A stretch of DNA of 64,000 nt from an uncultured Lachnospiraceae bacterium (lineage in GTDB: Bacteria > Bacillota > Clostridia > Lachnospirales > Lachnospiraceae). Position numbers and translations under genes: made by a program. Below are positions 1 to 9,466 of the stretch, in pieces. The stretch is taken from assembly GCA_902776305.1 (NCBI GenBank), contig CACYPS010000036.1:15051-79050 (forward strand), given 5' to 3'. Below the pieces are notes generated by a model, which was not told where the DNA came from, searched no databases, and saw only the letters and a program-made list of their open reading frames with translations. The first letter of the stretch is position 1. Each line of letters starts with the position of its first letter.

Positions 1-2
1 GG

Positions 3-1097
3 CAGGTGCGCCAGCAGATCTTCTTTGCGAAGGCAAGAAAGTATCCTTCCACGTTCGTGGCAGCGGTCGAAGCCAACAATGTCAGACCGGAAGTGTGTGA
101 CAACCTGATCGAGAGCGTTCACAGGAATCTTGACAAGATGCATCGCTACGTCCGCCTGCGCAAGAAGATGCTCGGCGTTTCGCAGTTGCATATGTATGAT
201 GTATACGCCCCGATGGTCAGTGACTATAGCGTGAAGGTTACCTACGAGGAGGCCAGGGAGGTGGTGCTTGAAGCCCTGAAGCCTCTCGGGGAGGAGTATC
301 TTGCGGTGGTGAGACGGGCATTTGCGGATCGCTGGATTGATGTCATCGAGAATGAGGGCAAGCGCGGCGGAGCGTATTCCACCGGTGTATACGGCGTGCA
401 TCCGTATATGCTGCTCAACTGGTCGGGGACGCTGGACGACGTCTTCACACTGATTCACGAGATGGGTCACTCGATGCACACATGGTATTCATCGCATGAG
501 CAGACATTCCTGAATTCGCATTATAAAATTTTTGTGGCGGAGGTCGCTTCGACGACCAATGAAATTCTGCTGCTGGAATATCTGCTCGGGAAAGCCACGT
601 CCGACGTGGAGCGGGCGTATCTGATTAATCATTATCTGGAGAGTTTCAAGGGTACGCTGATCCGTCAGACGATGTTCGAGGAATTTGAGCGTAAGACAAA
701 TGCCATGGCCGAAGCCGGGACCCCTCTCACCGCGGACACGCTCTGCGAGACTTACCTTGAGCTGAACGAGCAGTATTTTGGCGAGGACATGGTTTCTGAC
801 CCGCTGATTGCGTACGAATGGTGCAGAATTCCGCATTTCTACTATAATTTCTACGTATATCAGTATGCCACCAGTTTTGCGGCTTCTGTCGCGATTGCGC
901 ATCGTATCCTGAGCGAGGGCCAGCCGGTGGTGGATCAGTATCTCGCGTTCCTTAAGAGCGGCTGCACGGAGGATCCGGTCAGTCTGCTGAAGAAAGCGGG
1001 CGTGGATCTGTCGACGGGGAAACCGGTGGATGAGGCGCTTGCGGTGTTCGAGGATGCGGTCCGGCAGATGGAGGAGCTGGATGAGAGGGAGGATTGA
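3..1097 (+). CDS. pepF: Oligoendopeptidase F (M3B), 5' end outside the window
   Basis: HEXXH motif in TLIHEMGHSMH, plus KRGGAYS, FVAEVAST and WCRIPHFYYNFYVYQYA. The frame is open to the window edge. Confidence 0.93.
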   Translation, partial: QVRQQIFFAKARKYPSTFVAAVEANNVRPEVCDNLIESVHRNLDKMHRYVRLRKKMLGVSQLHMYDVYAPMVSDYSVKVTYEEAREVVLEALKPLGEEYLAVVRRAFADRWIDVIENEGKRGGAYSTGVYGVHPYMLLNWSGTLDDVFTLIHEMGHSMHTWYSSHEQTFLNSHYKIFVAEVASTTNEILLLEYLLGKATSDVERAYLINHYLESFKGTLIRQTMFEEFERKTNAMAEAGTPLTADTLCETYLELNEQYFGEDMVSDPLIAYEWCRIPHFYYNFYVYQYATSFAASVAIAHRILSEGQPVVDQYLAFLKSGCTEDPVSLLKKAGVDLSTGKPVDEALAVFEDAVRQMEELDERED

Positions 1098-1144
1098 GGT
1101 AGGCTGAGCTGGGGCGAGGGGCTGAAGGCCCCGAGGGCTCCTGA

Positions 1145-2041
1145 TTACCGAAGTAGAGATGAAAAGGGCGAATACTTCGGTAAATTTCGGGGCTGAGCTA
1201 TTGAAATCAAGATGGGATTACCATGGGATTACCGAAGTAGCGGCGAAAAGGATGAATACTTCGGTAAATTTCAGGGCTGAGCCATTGAAATCAAGACGAG
1301 ATTACCGAAGTGAGAGCGAAAAGGGCGAATACTTCGGTAAATTCCTGGGCAGAGTCATTGAAATCAAGATAAGATTACCGAAGTGGGAGCGAAAAGGGCG
1401 AATACTTCGGTAAAATCCGGGGCAGAGCCATTGAAATCAAGATAAGATTACCGAAGTGGGAGCGAAAAGGGCGAATACTTCGGTAAATTTCAGGGCAGAG
1501 CCATTGAAATCAAGAAAGGATTGCCATGTGATTACTGAAGTAGAGATGAAAAGGGCGAATACTTCGGTAAATTTCAGGGTGGAGCTATTGAAATCAAGAT
1601 GAGATTACCCTGGGACTACCGAAGTAGCGGCGAAAAGGGCGAATACTTCGGTAAAATCCGGGGCAGAGCCATAGAAATCAAGAATGGATTGCCATGGGAT
1701 TACCGAAGTAGAGGAGAAAAGGATGAATACTTCGGTAAATTCTGGGGCAGAGTCATTGAAATCAAGATGGGATTACCATGGGATTACCGAAGTAGCGGCG
1801 AAAAGGATGAATACTTCGGTAAATTTTAGGGCAGAGCCATTGAAATCAAGATAAGATTACCGAAGTAGAGAAGAAAAGGGCGAATACTTCGGTAAAATCC
1901 GGGGTTGAGCCATTGAAATCAAGAAGGGATTACCGAAGTGGGAGCGAAAAGGGCGAATACTTCGGTAAAATCCGGGGCAGAGCCATTGAAATCAAGACGA
2001 GATTACCGAAGTGGGAGCAGAATGCAGGTTTACTTCGGTAA
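1145..2041. repeat. Palindromic-unit tandem array A: 12 units of TTACCGAAGTA-N17-TACTTCGGTAA plus linker
   Basis: Left arms at 1145, 1229, 1302, 1375, 1448, 1532, 1616, 1700, 1784, 1857, 1930, 2003. Periods are 73 or 84 bp. Confidence 0.95.
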
Positions 2042-2108
2042 ATACTTGAGCCAAGCCAGAGAAGCAAGACTCAGGTTACGAAAGTATGAGCAGGAATGGA
2101 GATGAAAA

Positions 2109-3053
2109 ATGACCGCGCATGATAAAATACTTGCCGTCAAAGACAATATCGCGAGGGTGCTGGTCGGACGCGAGAATACCGTCTGGCTGGTTCTTACAGC
2201 TCTTGTAACGGGAGGGCATGTGCTGCTTGAAGACATGCCCGGAACCGGGAAGACTTCACTGGCGAGGGCTCTGGCACGCTCAATAGACGCAAAGTTTCGC
2301 CGGATTCAGTTCACGCCGGATTTACTGCCGTCGGATGTCACCGGACTGTCGGTCTGGAATCAGGCGGAGGGGAGATTTGAGCTTCGAGAGGGACCGGCAT
2401 TTGCACATATACTTCTCGCCGACGAGATAAATCGCGCGACTCCGAGGACTCAGTCAGGTCTTCTGGAGTGCATGGAAGAGCGGCAGATCACGACCGATGG
2501 TGTGACCCGCAAGCTCGCGGAACCGTTCTTTGTCATAGCGACGCAGAACCCGGTCGAGACGAGCGGAACCTTTCCGCTCCCGGAGGCGCAGCTTGATCGA
2601 TTCCTTATGAAGCTGAGCCTCGGATTTCCGGACAAGACGGAAGAGATTGCAATTATGGGGCGCTTTCTGCGTGACGACCCGCTCGCTGAGACGGCAGCTG
2701 TAGCCGGTACGGAAGATGTGCTCGCGGCACGTAAAGAAGCCCGTCGTGTAGATGTAGGTCCTGAAATGATGGGTTATATTGCGGATATCGTCATGGCAAC
2801 TCGTGAGCGGCGCGATCTTGCGGCAGGGGTAAGTCCGCGCGGGACTTTGGCTCTGCTTCATTCCGCACAGACACTTGCCTGGCTGAATGGCCGGTCATAT
2901 GTGGTGCCTGAGGACATAAAGGCGCTTGCGGTACCGGTGCTCGCGCACAGGTTGATACCGGCACAGAGCTACGGATATTATCTTGGCCAGGAGAAGGTGA
3001 TGGAGGAGGTGCTGGACATGGTGCCGGTGCCGACGGAGCAGTTCGAGAGGTGA
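2109..3053 (+). CDS. moxR: MoxR-family AAA+ ATPase
   Basis: HVLLEDMPGTGKT (Walker A), RIQFTPDLLPSD, LLADEINRA, ATQNPVE, FPLPEAQLDRF. Confidence 0.93.
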   Translation: MTAHDKILAVKDNIARVLVGRENTVWLVLTALVTGGHVLLEDMPGTGKTSLARALARSIDAKFRRIQFTPDLLPSDVTGLSVWNQAEGRFELREGPAFAHILLADEINRATPRTQSGLLECMEERQITTDGVTRKLAEPFFVIATQNPVETSGTFPLPEAQLDRFLMKLSLGFPDKTEEIAIMGRFLRDDPLAETAAVAGTEDVLAARKEARRVDVGPEMMGYIADIVMATRERRDLAAGVSPRGTLALLHSAQTLAWLNGRSYVVPEDIKALAVPVLAHRLIPAQSYGYYLGQEKVMEEVLDMVPVPTEQFER

Positions 3054-3154
3054 GAATCTCGCTGCTTTATAGAGCCGGATAGTGTTTTTTGAGAGAATTT
3101 TCGTGATAGACGGGGATGAACCGATAGTTCCTGCAGTGAGAAGGAGGTACAGGC

Positions 3155-4504
3155 ATGCTGATATTATGGATCCCGTTAGGGGTCGCCATCATATATCTGC
3201 TCATCCGCGCCGTCTACCTGCGGATCTGGGATCGCGGCCTGTCCGTAGAGCTCGCCTTCGGCCAGCACGCGGTGAGTGAGGGACAGCAAGCCACCCTCAG
3301 AGCGACGGTGACCAACGCCAAGCTGCTCCCGCTTCCGGTCCTGATGCTGCGCTACAAAATGAATCGCGGTCTTAGGATGGGCGAGAATGCAAATGCCACC
3401 GTAACCGACAAACTCAACGTTGTCGAATACTTCAGCGTTCTGGGGAACGAGCGTGTCGTGCGCGAGCAGAAAGTTGAAGCGACGCGCCGTGGATGCTACC
3501 ACATAGATGTCCTGAATCTTATGATGCCGCAGCTGATCTCAGGTCAGGAGAGTTTTCTGGTGCTTCCGCAGGACACCGAGCTGATTGTTTACCCGAAACT
3601 TCTCGAGATCCCGGAAATGTGGGGTATCTGCGAAAAGATTATCGGAGATATCGTCTCCCGCCGCCGTCTCTTTGAGGATGTTTTCTCCTTCCGCGGCATC
3701 CGCGATTACACTCGCACAGACCCGCTCTCTGCCGTCAACTGGAAAGCCACCGCGCGCACCGGGAAAATGATGGTGAACCTGCGCGACTACACCTTCGGCC
3801 AGGAGGTCCGGATCCTTCTCAATCTTGAAGAACCGAATTATCGTTACGGTGAGGATGTTCTGGAAAATGCCATCCGCATCGCCGCCACCGTCGCCTGCCG
3901 CTGTATCAGCGATCGCATTCCGGTGAGCCTGATCAGTAATGCCTGTGTCACAAGCGAGGAGATTCCGGACGAGCAGAATCAGAAAGCAACTGCCCGTACG
4001 CAGAGAATTCTGCATACAAGGCTCCGCAAAATAGAGTATCCCGGGTTCTTATCGCGATGGAGGAAGTCACGTGTTCCTGCCTCTGATTCGGGAACTGCGA
4101 ACGCTGACGCTGCCAACGCTTCCGGCGGATATTATTCCGGGAATGCATCTGAACGCGACTCATTTTCAGGAAAATGTTCGCAAGCTCTCCACGAAGACAG
4201 CCTGAATATCCACGCCGGAGGCTCACAGGATCATATCGCTGTCATCGGCGAGGCTCTGGCGAAAATCGATCTCACAAAGGAGATGGCGCCGTTCACAGAT
4301 ATCATGAGACGGGAGCGTCAGAATATGGCGGACAGTTACGTGACGGTTTGCTTGATTTCATCCGGACGGAGTGATGCAATTATTCGCGAGGCGGAGGCGA
4401 TGGCAAGACAGCAGGACGGAATCTTCTGGATCTGTCCGCTCAGGAAGGATGAGGAGGACAAAGTGATTCCCGGTTCGATTGATTTCAGGCGGATGAATAT
4501 TTGA
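3155..4504 (+). CDS. DUF58 domain protein (MoxR partner) with N-terminal TM
   Basis: FRGIRDYTRTDPLSAVNWKATARTGKMMV is the DUF58 signature; directly downstream of moxR. Confidence 0.85.
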   Translation: MLILWIPLGVAIIYLLIRAVYLRIWDRGLSVELAFGQHAVSEGQQATLRATVTNAKLLPLPVLMLRYKMNRGLRMGENANATVTDKLNVVEYFSVLGNERVVREQKVEATRRGCYHIDVLNLMMPQLISGQESFLVLPQDTELIVYPKLLEIPEMWGICEKIIGDIVSRRRLFEDVFSFRGIRDYTRTDPLSAVNWKATARTGKMMVNLRDYTFGQEVRILLNLEEPNYRYGEDVLENAIRIAATVACRCISDRIPVSLISNACVTSEEIPDEQNQKATARTQRILHTRLRKIEYPGFLSRWRKSRVPASDSGTANADAANASGGYYSGNASERDSFSGKCSQALHEDSLNIHAGGSQDHIAVIGEALAKIDLTKEMAPFTDIMRRERQNMADSYVTVCLISSGRSDAIIREAEAMARQQDGIFWICPLRKDEEDKVIPGSIDFRRMNI

Positions 4505-4577
4505 TCCTTGATTTCACTTTGCGCGCGTATTATAGACTCGCGTCATGAGTATTGTGCGGTGAAGAAAAAAGGACAGC

Positions 4578-4716
4578 AATTGACTGGTTCCGAATGAGAT
4601 CCTTGAAAAATCGGGGTCAAAAGAATTGACTGGTTCCGAAAGAAATCCTTGAAAATTCGGGGGCAAAAGAATTGACTGGTTCCGAATAAAATCCGTGAAA
4701 AAATCGCGGATAAAAG
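4578..4716. repeat. 46-bp tandem repeat, 3 copies
   Basis: AATTGACTGGTTCCGAA at 4578, 4624 and 4670. Confidence 0.9.
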
Positions 4717-4776
4717 AAGTGCAACTGATGTGAACGATGTTTGGATACAGTACAGCTTTGTAGGGGAGGAGGTGAG

Positions 4777-6039
4777 ATGATGAACAGGAAAGACAGGTAT
4801 TTTCCGGATGAGAGCGGGGGGCTATTTGCCTGCCGTATCCTCATGAATATGCTGATCCTGGTCACATTTCCCATTGCCTGCGGTCTCTACATGAAAAAGC
4901 CGCCCGTCGCGCTGCTCTTTTCGGGCATGGAGATGCTTCTTGTCGTTATAATTATGGAAGTGATTCAGAGATGCCTCAAGGGATTCGGCATCTACACGCT
5001 GGCGCATCTGCTGGTATTGCTTCTAATTTATGTAGGAGCGCCGTTCTATGCATATCTGCATCTCGGGGCTGTCGCGGCAGCAACGCTGGTCATGTATTAT
5101 GATCGAACTATGAGGCGGCGCGATTTCTACCCTACTCCCGGCTGGCTGGTCTATCCGGTGATTATATACACAGTGGGATATGTCGGTAAGCATGGGTCGT
5201 TGAGAGTGCTGGGGGTATTTGCAGAAATTGTGCTGATTGCCCTTTTCTTCTTCTATCAGAACCAGCGGGGAATGGATCGCACATTCAACACCGCGAAAGA
5301 TTACGTCAGGGTGCCTTATCGCAAGATGAAGATGGTGAATGCGTGGGTGTTCGGGGCATTTGCGGTGCTTGCGGTCGTTCTGGCGCTCCTTCTGTCGCAG
5401 CTCTTCAACGGAGAGGCCATCGTCAGGATGATCGGGAAGGGACTGCTTGCCGGATATGCGCTTTTTACGTTGGGCTTATTTTGGCTTCTCGGTCATCTGT
5501 TCCCGAAGGGGGGAGGAGATGCCATGGCGAGCATGGATTCCGCTGACATAGCGGCGATGCTGGCGGCTTTTCAGGAGGAACATCCGTACCTGTCGATGCT
5601 GTGGTACGCATTTCAAATGTTGATGTGCGTAATCAGTATGTTTGTCGCGGCCTACCTGCTTTATCGCCTGTGGGTCGAATTTTATCGGAATTTTCGGACG
5701 GCGGACCTTGAGACGGATGATGTCCGCCTGAAGATAGTCAATGAAGAGGACAAATCTCGTTCCCGAGCTCCCCGGAAGACCATCCGCAGAATGGGTTTCT
5801 TCAGCCCCGCCGCGAAAGTGCGGAGGATGTATGTCAGGTATATTCGAAGACATTCCGGGCTTGACCGCATTCGCCTGTCTCACACCCCGACCGAGCTTGA
5901 GCACGCGGTGACCGCGCGCGGAGACGTGAGAATCCGTGACCTTTACGAGAGGGCGCGGTACGCGCCGGAGCTGGTGACGGAGGAACATGTGCGTGAGATG
6001 AGGGAGTGCTGCAGGGGGTTGGAGAGAGAAGAGAAATGA
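4777..6039 (+). CDS. Polytopic membrane protein with C-terminal DUF4129-like domain
   Basis: Many TM segments; C-terminal TPTELE...RDLYERARYAP; GGAGGTG RBS before ATG 4777 (preferred over TTG 4741). Confidence 0.7.
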   Translation: MMNRKDRYFPDESGGLFACRILMNMLILVTFPIACGLYMKKPPVALLFSGMEMLLVVIIMEVIQRCLKGFGIYTLAHLLVLLLIYVGAPFYAYLHLGAVAAATLVMYYDRTMRRRDFYPTPGWLVYPVIIYTVGYVGKHGSLRVLGVFAEIVLIALFFFYQNQRGMDRTFNTAKDYVRVPYRKMKMVNAWVFGAFAVLAVVLALLLSQLFNGEAIVRMIGKGLLAGYALFTLGLFWLLGHLFPKGGGDAMASMDSADIAAMLAAFQEEHPYLSMLWYAFQMLMCVISMFVAAYLLYRLWVEFYRNFRTADLETDDVRLKIVNEEDKSRSRAPRKTIRRMGFFSPAAKVRRMYVRYIRRHSGLDRIRLSHTPTELEHAVTARGDVRIRDLYERARYAPELVTEEHVREMRECCRGLEREEK

Positions 6040-6057
6040 ATGCCGGCAGAGCAAAGT

Positions 6058-6242
6058 TTACGGAAGCAGAGACGAATTTGTCGGATACTTCCGTAAAGTC
6101 TGAAGAGAAATCAATGTCGGATAGTGTAGTTTACGGAAGTGGGAACGCTTTTGCCGGATACTTCCGTAGAGTCAGAGAAGAAATCAATGTCGGATAGTGT
6201 AGTTTACGGAAGCAGGAACATTTTTGCCGAGTACTTCCGTAA
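6058..6242. repeat. Palindromic-unit array B: 3 units with variant arms TTACGGAAG(T/C)..ACTTCCGTA(A/G)
   Basis: Left arms at 6058, 6131, 6204; period 73; 17-nt spacer. Confidence 0.9.
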
Positions 6243-6290
6243 ACATAAGAAATATGAGATTCTGCAGCCCATTTTACAGAAGGAGGATTT

Positions 6291-7781
6291 ATGAGCACAG
6301 CGTATAAATGCAAATCCTGCGGCGCACCCCTCCGCTTCGACCCTCATACGGGCAAGCTGCGCTGCGATCACTGCGACGCCAGCTTTTTCCCGTACGAGTA
6401 TTATCGCTCTCGCTCTGATAAAGGAACCATGTCTGCTGCAGAGGTGATGCAGGCAGAGGGAGAGAATCAGGCAGACGGAGAGAATCAGGCAGAAAGAGAG
6501 AATCAGGTAGAAGGAGAGACTCAGGCAGGAAGAGAGAAGCAGACAGAGGGTGACATCGCTATCTATCAGTGCCCGAACTGCGGAGCGGAGATTCTTACGG
6601 CGGACAGCGCCATTTCGGACAGGTGCGTCTATTGTGGTTACCCGGTGGAATTTGTAAAAACTCTGACGGGCGAATTCATTCCGGACTTCATCCTGCCATT
6701 TGAAAAAGATACTTCCGATGCAGTGTCCGGCTATCAGCGCGTACTCAAGAGCGCACCGTTCGCACCGAAGGAATTTCGGGAAAAGTCTGCCCTCGAACGC
6801 TTTCGAGGTGTGTACGTTCCGGTGTGGCTTTACACAATGGACGTCGAAGCGAAGATAGATGTGCGCGGCCGTGTCAACGGAAAAAAGATCATCGGACACA
6901 CGTCCTACGGGCCGATTACGCAGGACGGGTCCGAGATTTTGACGGTGCACGAGGAGGGTACGATTCACTATGAGCATATCGCCCGTGACGGACTGCGCGA
7001 GCTCGATGATCTGATCGTGAGGTGTCTGAGTCCGTACGATTATTGGAAGAGAAGGGCATTTGATCCGAGTTACCTCGCTGGTTTCTATGCACAGAGGTGG
7101 GATGTTGATTTCGAGACATGCCACAGGGAGGTATGTCGGGAGGTCCTCAAAGCAGCTGAATGGGATATTCATGAGCATGCGTGCGATATCGGCGATGACT
7201 ACGCGGATCGGTGGAAGAACACAGATAACTTGAGTGCCCGTGAATTTACGCAGGCAAGAGCAAAGCGCTGGGACAACGGGGGTCAGATGGGCAGTGAAAA
7301 GAACTTCATTCGGACAAGTAATCGGCTTGATCCGGATGGTGGTCTGAAAGTGCTCGGAAATGACGTTCTGCCTCCTGACCGCGGCACCGGTTATGAGGGG
7401 AGGATTGTCGGCGAGCGTGTAGAGTATGCACTTGTGCCTGTATGGCTGATGTATACGAGATATAAGGACAAAGATTACATGTTTGCCATGAACGGACAGA
7501 CCGGAGAGATTGATGGCAATATGCCAACGAGTGTACCTCGTTTCCTTGGCTATCTCGGTCTTACGTTTCTGATGGTTCTGGGAATCTTCCTTCTGAACGC
7601 CTGGTTGAACGCGCAGCCGAATACGGAAGCACAGATTCTTATAGCGGGAATTCTGCCGGTCATGTGGTTTCTGAACCTGGTAAGGAAGCAGACCGGCATA
7701 AAGCTGACGGAAAAGAATGCGGAGCCGGTCACAGAGCGCATGTACCGGCGGCACGTTCACGAGGAGAAAAAGGAAATCTGA
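6291..7781 (+). CDS. Double zinc-ribbon protein with C-terminal TM segments
   Basis: CKSCGA..CDHCD, CPNCGA..CVYCG, YALVPVWL..YKDK..FAMNGQTG; AGGAGG RBS. Confidence 0.75.
   Translation: MSTAYKCKSCGAPLRFDPHTGKLRCDHCDASFFPYEYYRSRSDKGTMSAAEVMQAEGENQADGENQAERENQVEGETQAGREKQTEGDIAIYQCPNCGAEILTADSAISDRCVYCGYPVEFVKTLTGEFIPDFILPFEKDTSDAVSGYQRVLKSAPFAPKEFREKSALERFRGVYVPVWLYTMDVEAKIDVRGRVNGKKIIGHTSYGPITQDGSEILTVHEEGTIHYEHIARDGLRELDDLIVRCLSPYDYWKRRAFDPSYLAGFYAQRWDVDFETCHREVCREVLKAAEWDIHEHACDIGDDYADRWKNTDNLSAREFTQARAKRWDNGGQMGSEKNFIRTSNRLDPDGGLKVLGNDVLPPDRGTGYEGRIVGERVEYALVPVWLMYTRYKDKDYMFAMNGQTGEIDGNMPTSVPRFLGYLGLTFLMVLGIFLLNAWLNAQPNTEAQILIAGILPVMWFLNLVRKQTGIKLTEKNAEPVTERMYRRHVHEEKKEI
6450..6551 (+). 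repeat. In-frame 18-bp repeat, about 6 copies (QAEGEN-like)
   Basis: CAG-initiated units at 6450, 6468, 6486, 6504, 6522, 6540. Confidence 0.85.
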
Positions 7782-8090
7782 ACAGAAGGTCGGCACAGAC
7801 GGAAAACCATGTACCGGCGGTGCATACGCGAGAAGTCATGGGTACTCGGCAAAAGGGACCGAATTACCCCTTGAAACTCCACCCTACCTTCGTTAGACTA
7901 TACATATATAGTCGAGCTTTGGCTCTGACATATAAGTTATTCGGCGATACATTCCGGCGCAAAAGATTTTCTGATGCGCTCCGGCGAATCACAGCCGCGC
8001 AATAAAGTATTTACACTATGCTCTGCGCGGCAAGAACACATATGCTTTCTAAAATATAAAGAAAGCAATGATAACAAAAGGGGATAAAAA

Positions 8091-8699
8091 ATGGCAGAAA
8101 AGAAATTACCGGTAATCACGATCAACAGATTATATGCGGCTTACGGAACAACCGTCGCGAAAATCCTTTCCGACCGGCTCGGAATCCCGTATTATGACAA
8201 GGACTTCATTAAGAAGACCGTGGCAGAAAGCGAGTATGAAACATCTGAAGTTGAGCACAACGGTGAAGAAATCAGCTCCGGAAACAAATTCCTGAATATG
8301 CTCCTCAACAACACGGTCGGGAGCTATCCGGACATGATCAGAGATCTGTACCTTATCCAGAGGAAAGTTATCCTTGAACTGGCGCAGACAGACTGCATCA
8401 TTATCGGCAGATGTGCGAACCATATCCTGCGCGAGGCGAGGATTCCGACATTTGACATTTTCCTGTATGGAGATATTGAGCACCGCAAGCAGCATTCCGC
8501 AGAGCTTGAGGAGGCGAAGGGAAGAGATCTGGACAAATACATCGCCCAGCGCGACGCCTTCCGCAACAACTACTACAGGACCTTCGTCGGCACAGATATA
8601 GACGACTGCACCAACTACCATATTTGCCTGGATACAGGCAGGATCTCACCGGAGACCTGCGCTGATATCATTATCGGACTGCTTGAGAAGTGGAATTAA
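8091..8699 (+). CDS. Cytidylate kinase-like family protein
   Basis: VITINRLYAAYG..AKILSDRLGIPYYDK, CIIIGRCANHIL, YHICLDTG. Confidence 0.85.
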   Translation: MAEKKLPVITINRLYAAYGTTVAKILSDRLGIPYYDKDFIKKTVAESEYETSEVEHNGEEISSGNKFLNMLLNNTVGSYPDMIRDLYLIQRKVILELAQTDCIIIGRCANHILREARIPTFDIFLYGDIEHRKQHSAELEEAKGRDLDKYIAQRDAFRNNYYRTFVGTDIDDCTNYHICLDTGRISPETCADIIIGLLEKWN

Positions 8700-8925
8700 A
8701 TATTGCGCTTCAGCCGGCGCCGACCGTTTGCTTTGGCAGTGGAAGGCGCTAACGCGCCACGCACGTCGCGGTAAGAACGCTGAGGCGTTCCTGAATTGGC
8801 AAATGAGGGCCTGCCCTCACCCTGCCCTCAGTTTCCATAAAAATGTTTGGCCCATTTTCCGTTTACTCCGTATATAAATATGTGAAAACAAAAAGCACAT
8901 CAAAAAGGAAAATGGGAGAGAAAAA

Positions 8926-9303
8926 ATGGAAACACTTAACAGTTTTGATATTTCAATGTTCCAACCGTCAACAGGCTCATTCGTATTCGGCATCGTAGTA
9001 GCAGTACTTGCTGTCGTTATTCTCTACAAGATCTTTGAGAAGGCCGGCGTAGAAGGCTGGAAGGCATTTATTCCGCTTTATAATATTTTTGTTCTTTATG
9101 AACTCACATGGGGCAACGGCTTTGTAAGTCTTCTGCTTCTTGTACCGATCGTAGATATCGTCATCTCAGTTATGACGGCTATCAAGCTGGCAAAGGCATT
9201 TGGTAAGGGAACAGGTTTCGGTATCGGAATCTTCTTCTTCCCGGTCATCTGCAAGGGAATCATTGCATTTGACGAATCCAGATATGAAGGCGTACCGGCG
9301 TAA
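8926..9303 (+). CDS. DUF5684-like membrane protein
   Basis: YKIFEKAGVEGWKAFIPLYN and LAKAFGKGTGFGIG. Confidence 0.8.
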   Translation: METLNSFDISMFQPSTGSFVFGIVVAVLAVVILYKIFEKAGVEGWKAFIPLYNIFVLYELTWGNGFVSLLLLVPIVDIVISVMTAIKLAKAFGKGTGFGIGIFFFPVICKGIIAFDESRYEGVPA

Positions 9304-9314
9304 AGCTGATATGG

Positions 9315-9344
9315 AAGAGCATCGCTTCGGCGGTGCTCTTTTTT
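9315..9344 (+). terminator. Intrinsic terminator
   Basis: AAGAGCATCGC-TTCG-GCGGTGCTCTT followed by a T-run, just after stop 9303. Confidence 0.85.
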
Positions 9345-9390
9345 CGTTGACAAATGAGGAAAAAAATTTCTTTGGGAAATTTGCAAAACG

Positions 9391-9432
9391 ATTAGCCCTC
9401 CCCCCGGGGATCTCCGTACAAATAGATGTAAG
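9391..9432 (+). promoter_or_regulatory. Conserved 42-bp upstream element, copy 1
   Basis: 37/42 identical to 10905-10946; each copy precedes one TolA-like paralogue. Confidence 0.55.
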
Positions 9433-9466
9433 AACAAAAGAAAAGATAAAAAGGGAGAACAAAACT

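Noticed and set aside
1159-1829. ORFs 1159-1413 and 1599-1829
   Set aside because: They are translations of the repeat; the 73-bp units break frame, and there is no RBS or protein signature.
1145-2041. CRISPR array or guide-RNA (TIGR-like) array reading of the palindromic arrays
   Set aside because: The variable segments are near-identical within an array rather than unique spacers, the linkers are conserved, and no cas, Nop-domain or other effector gene is adjacent.
6204-7796. 530-aa minus-strand ORF
   Set aside because: Antisense shadow of the Zn-ribbon gene; no recognisable motifs.
7739-7820. 13-bp direct repeat CATGTACCGGCGG, 69 bp apart, across the end of the Zn-ribbon gene
   Set aside because: Too short and degenerate to call an att site or target duplication; no mobile element nearby.
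8775-8830. Possible riboswitch or attenuator (GAACGC/GCGTTC hairpin; TGAGGGC with two CTGCCCTCA copies)
   Set aside because: Short stems in GC-rich DNA with no match to any riboswitch consensus I can recognise.
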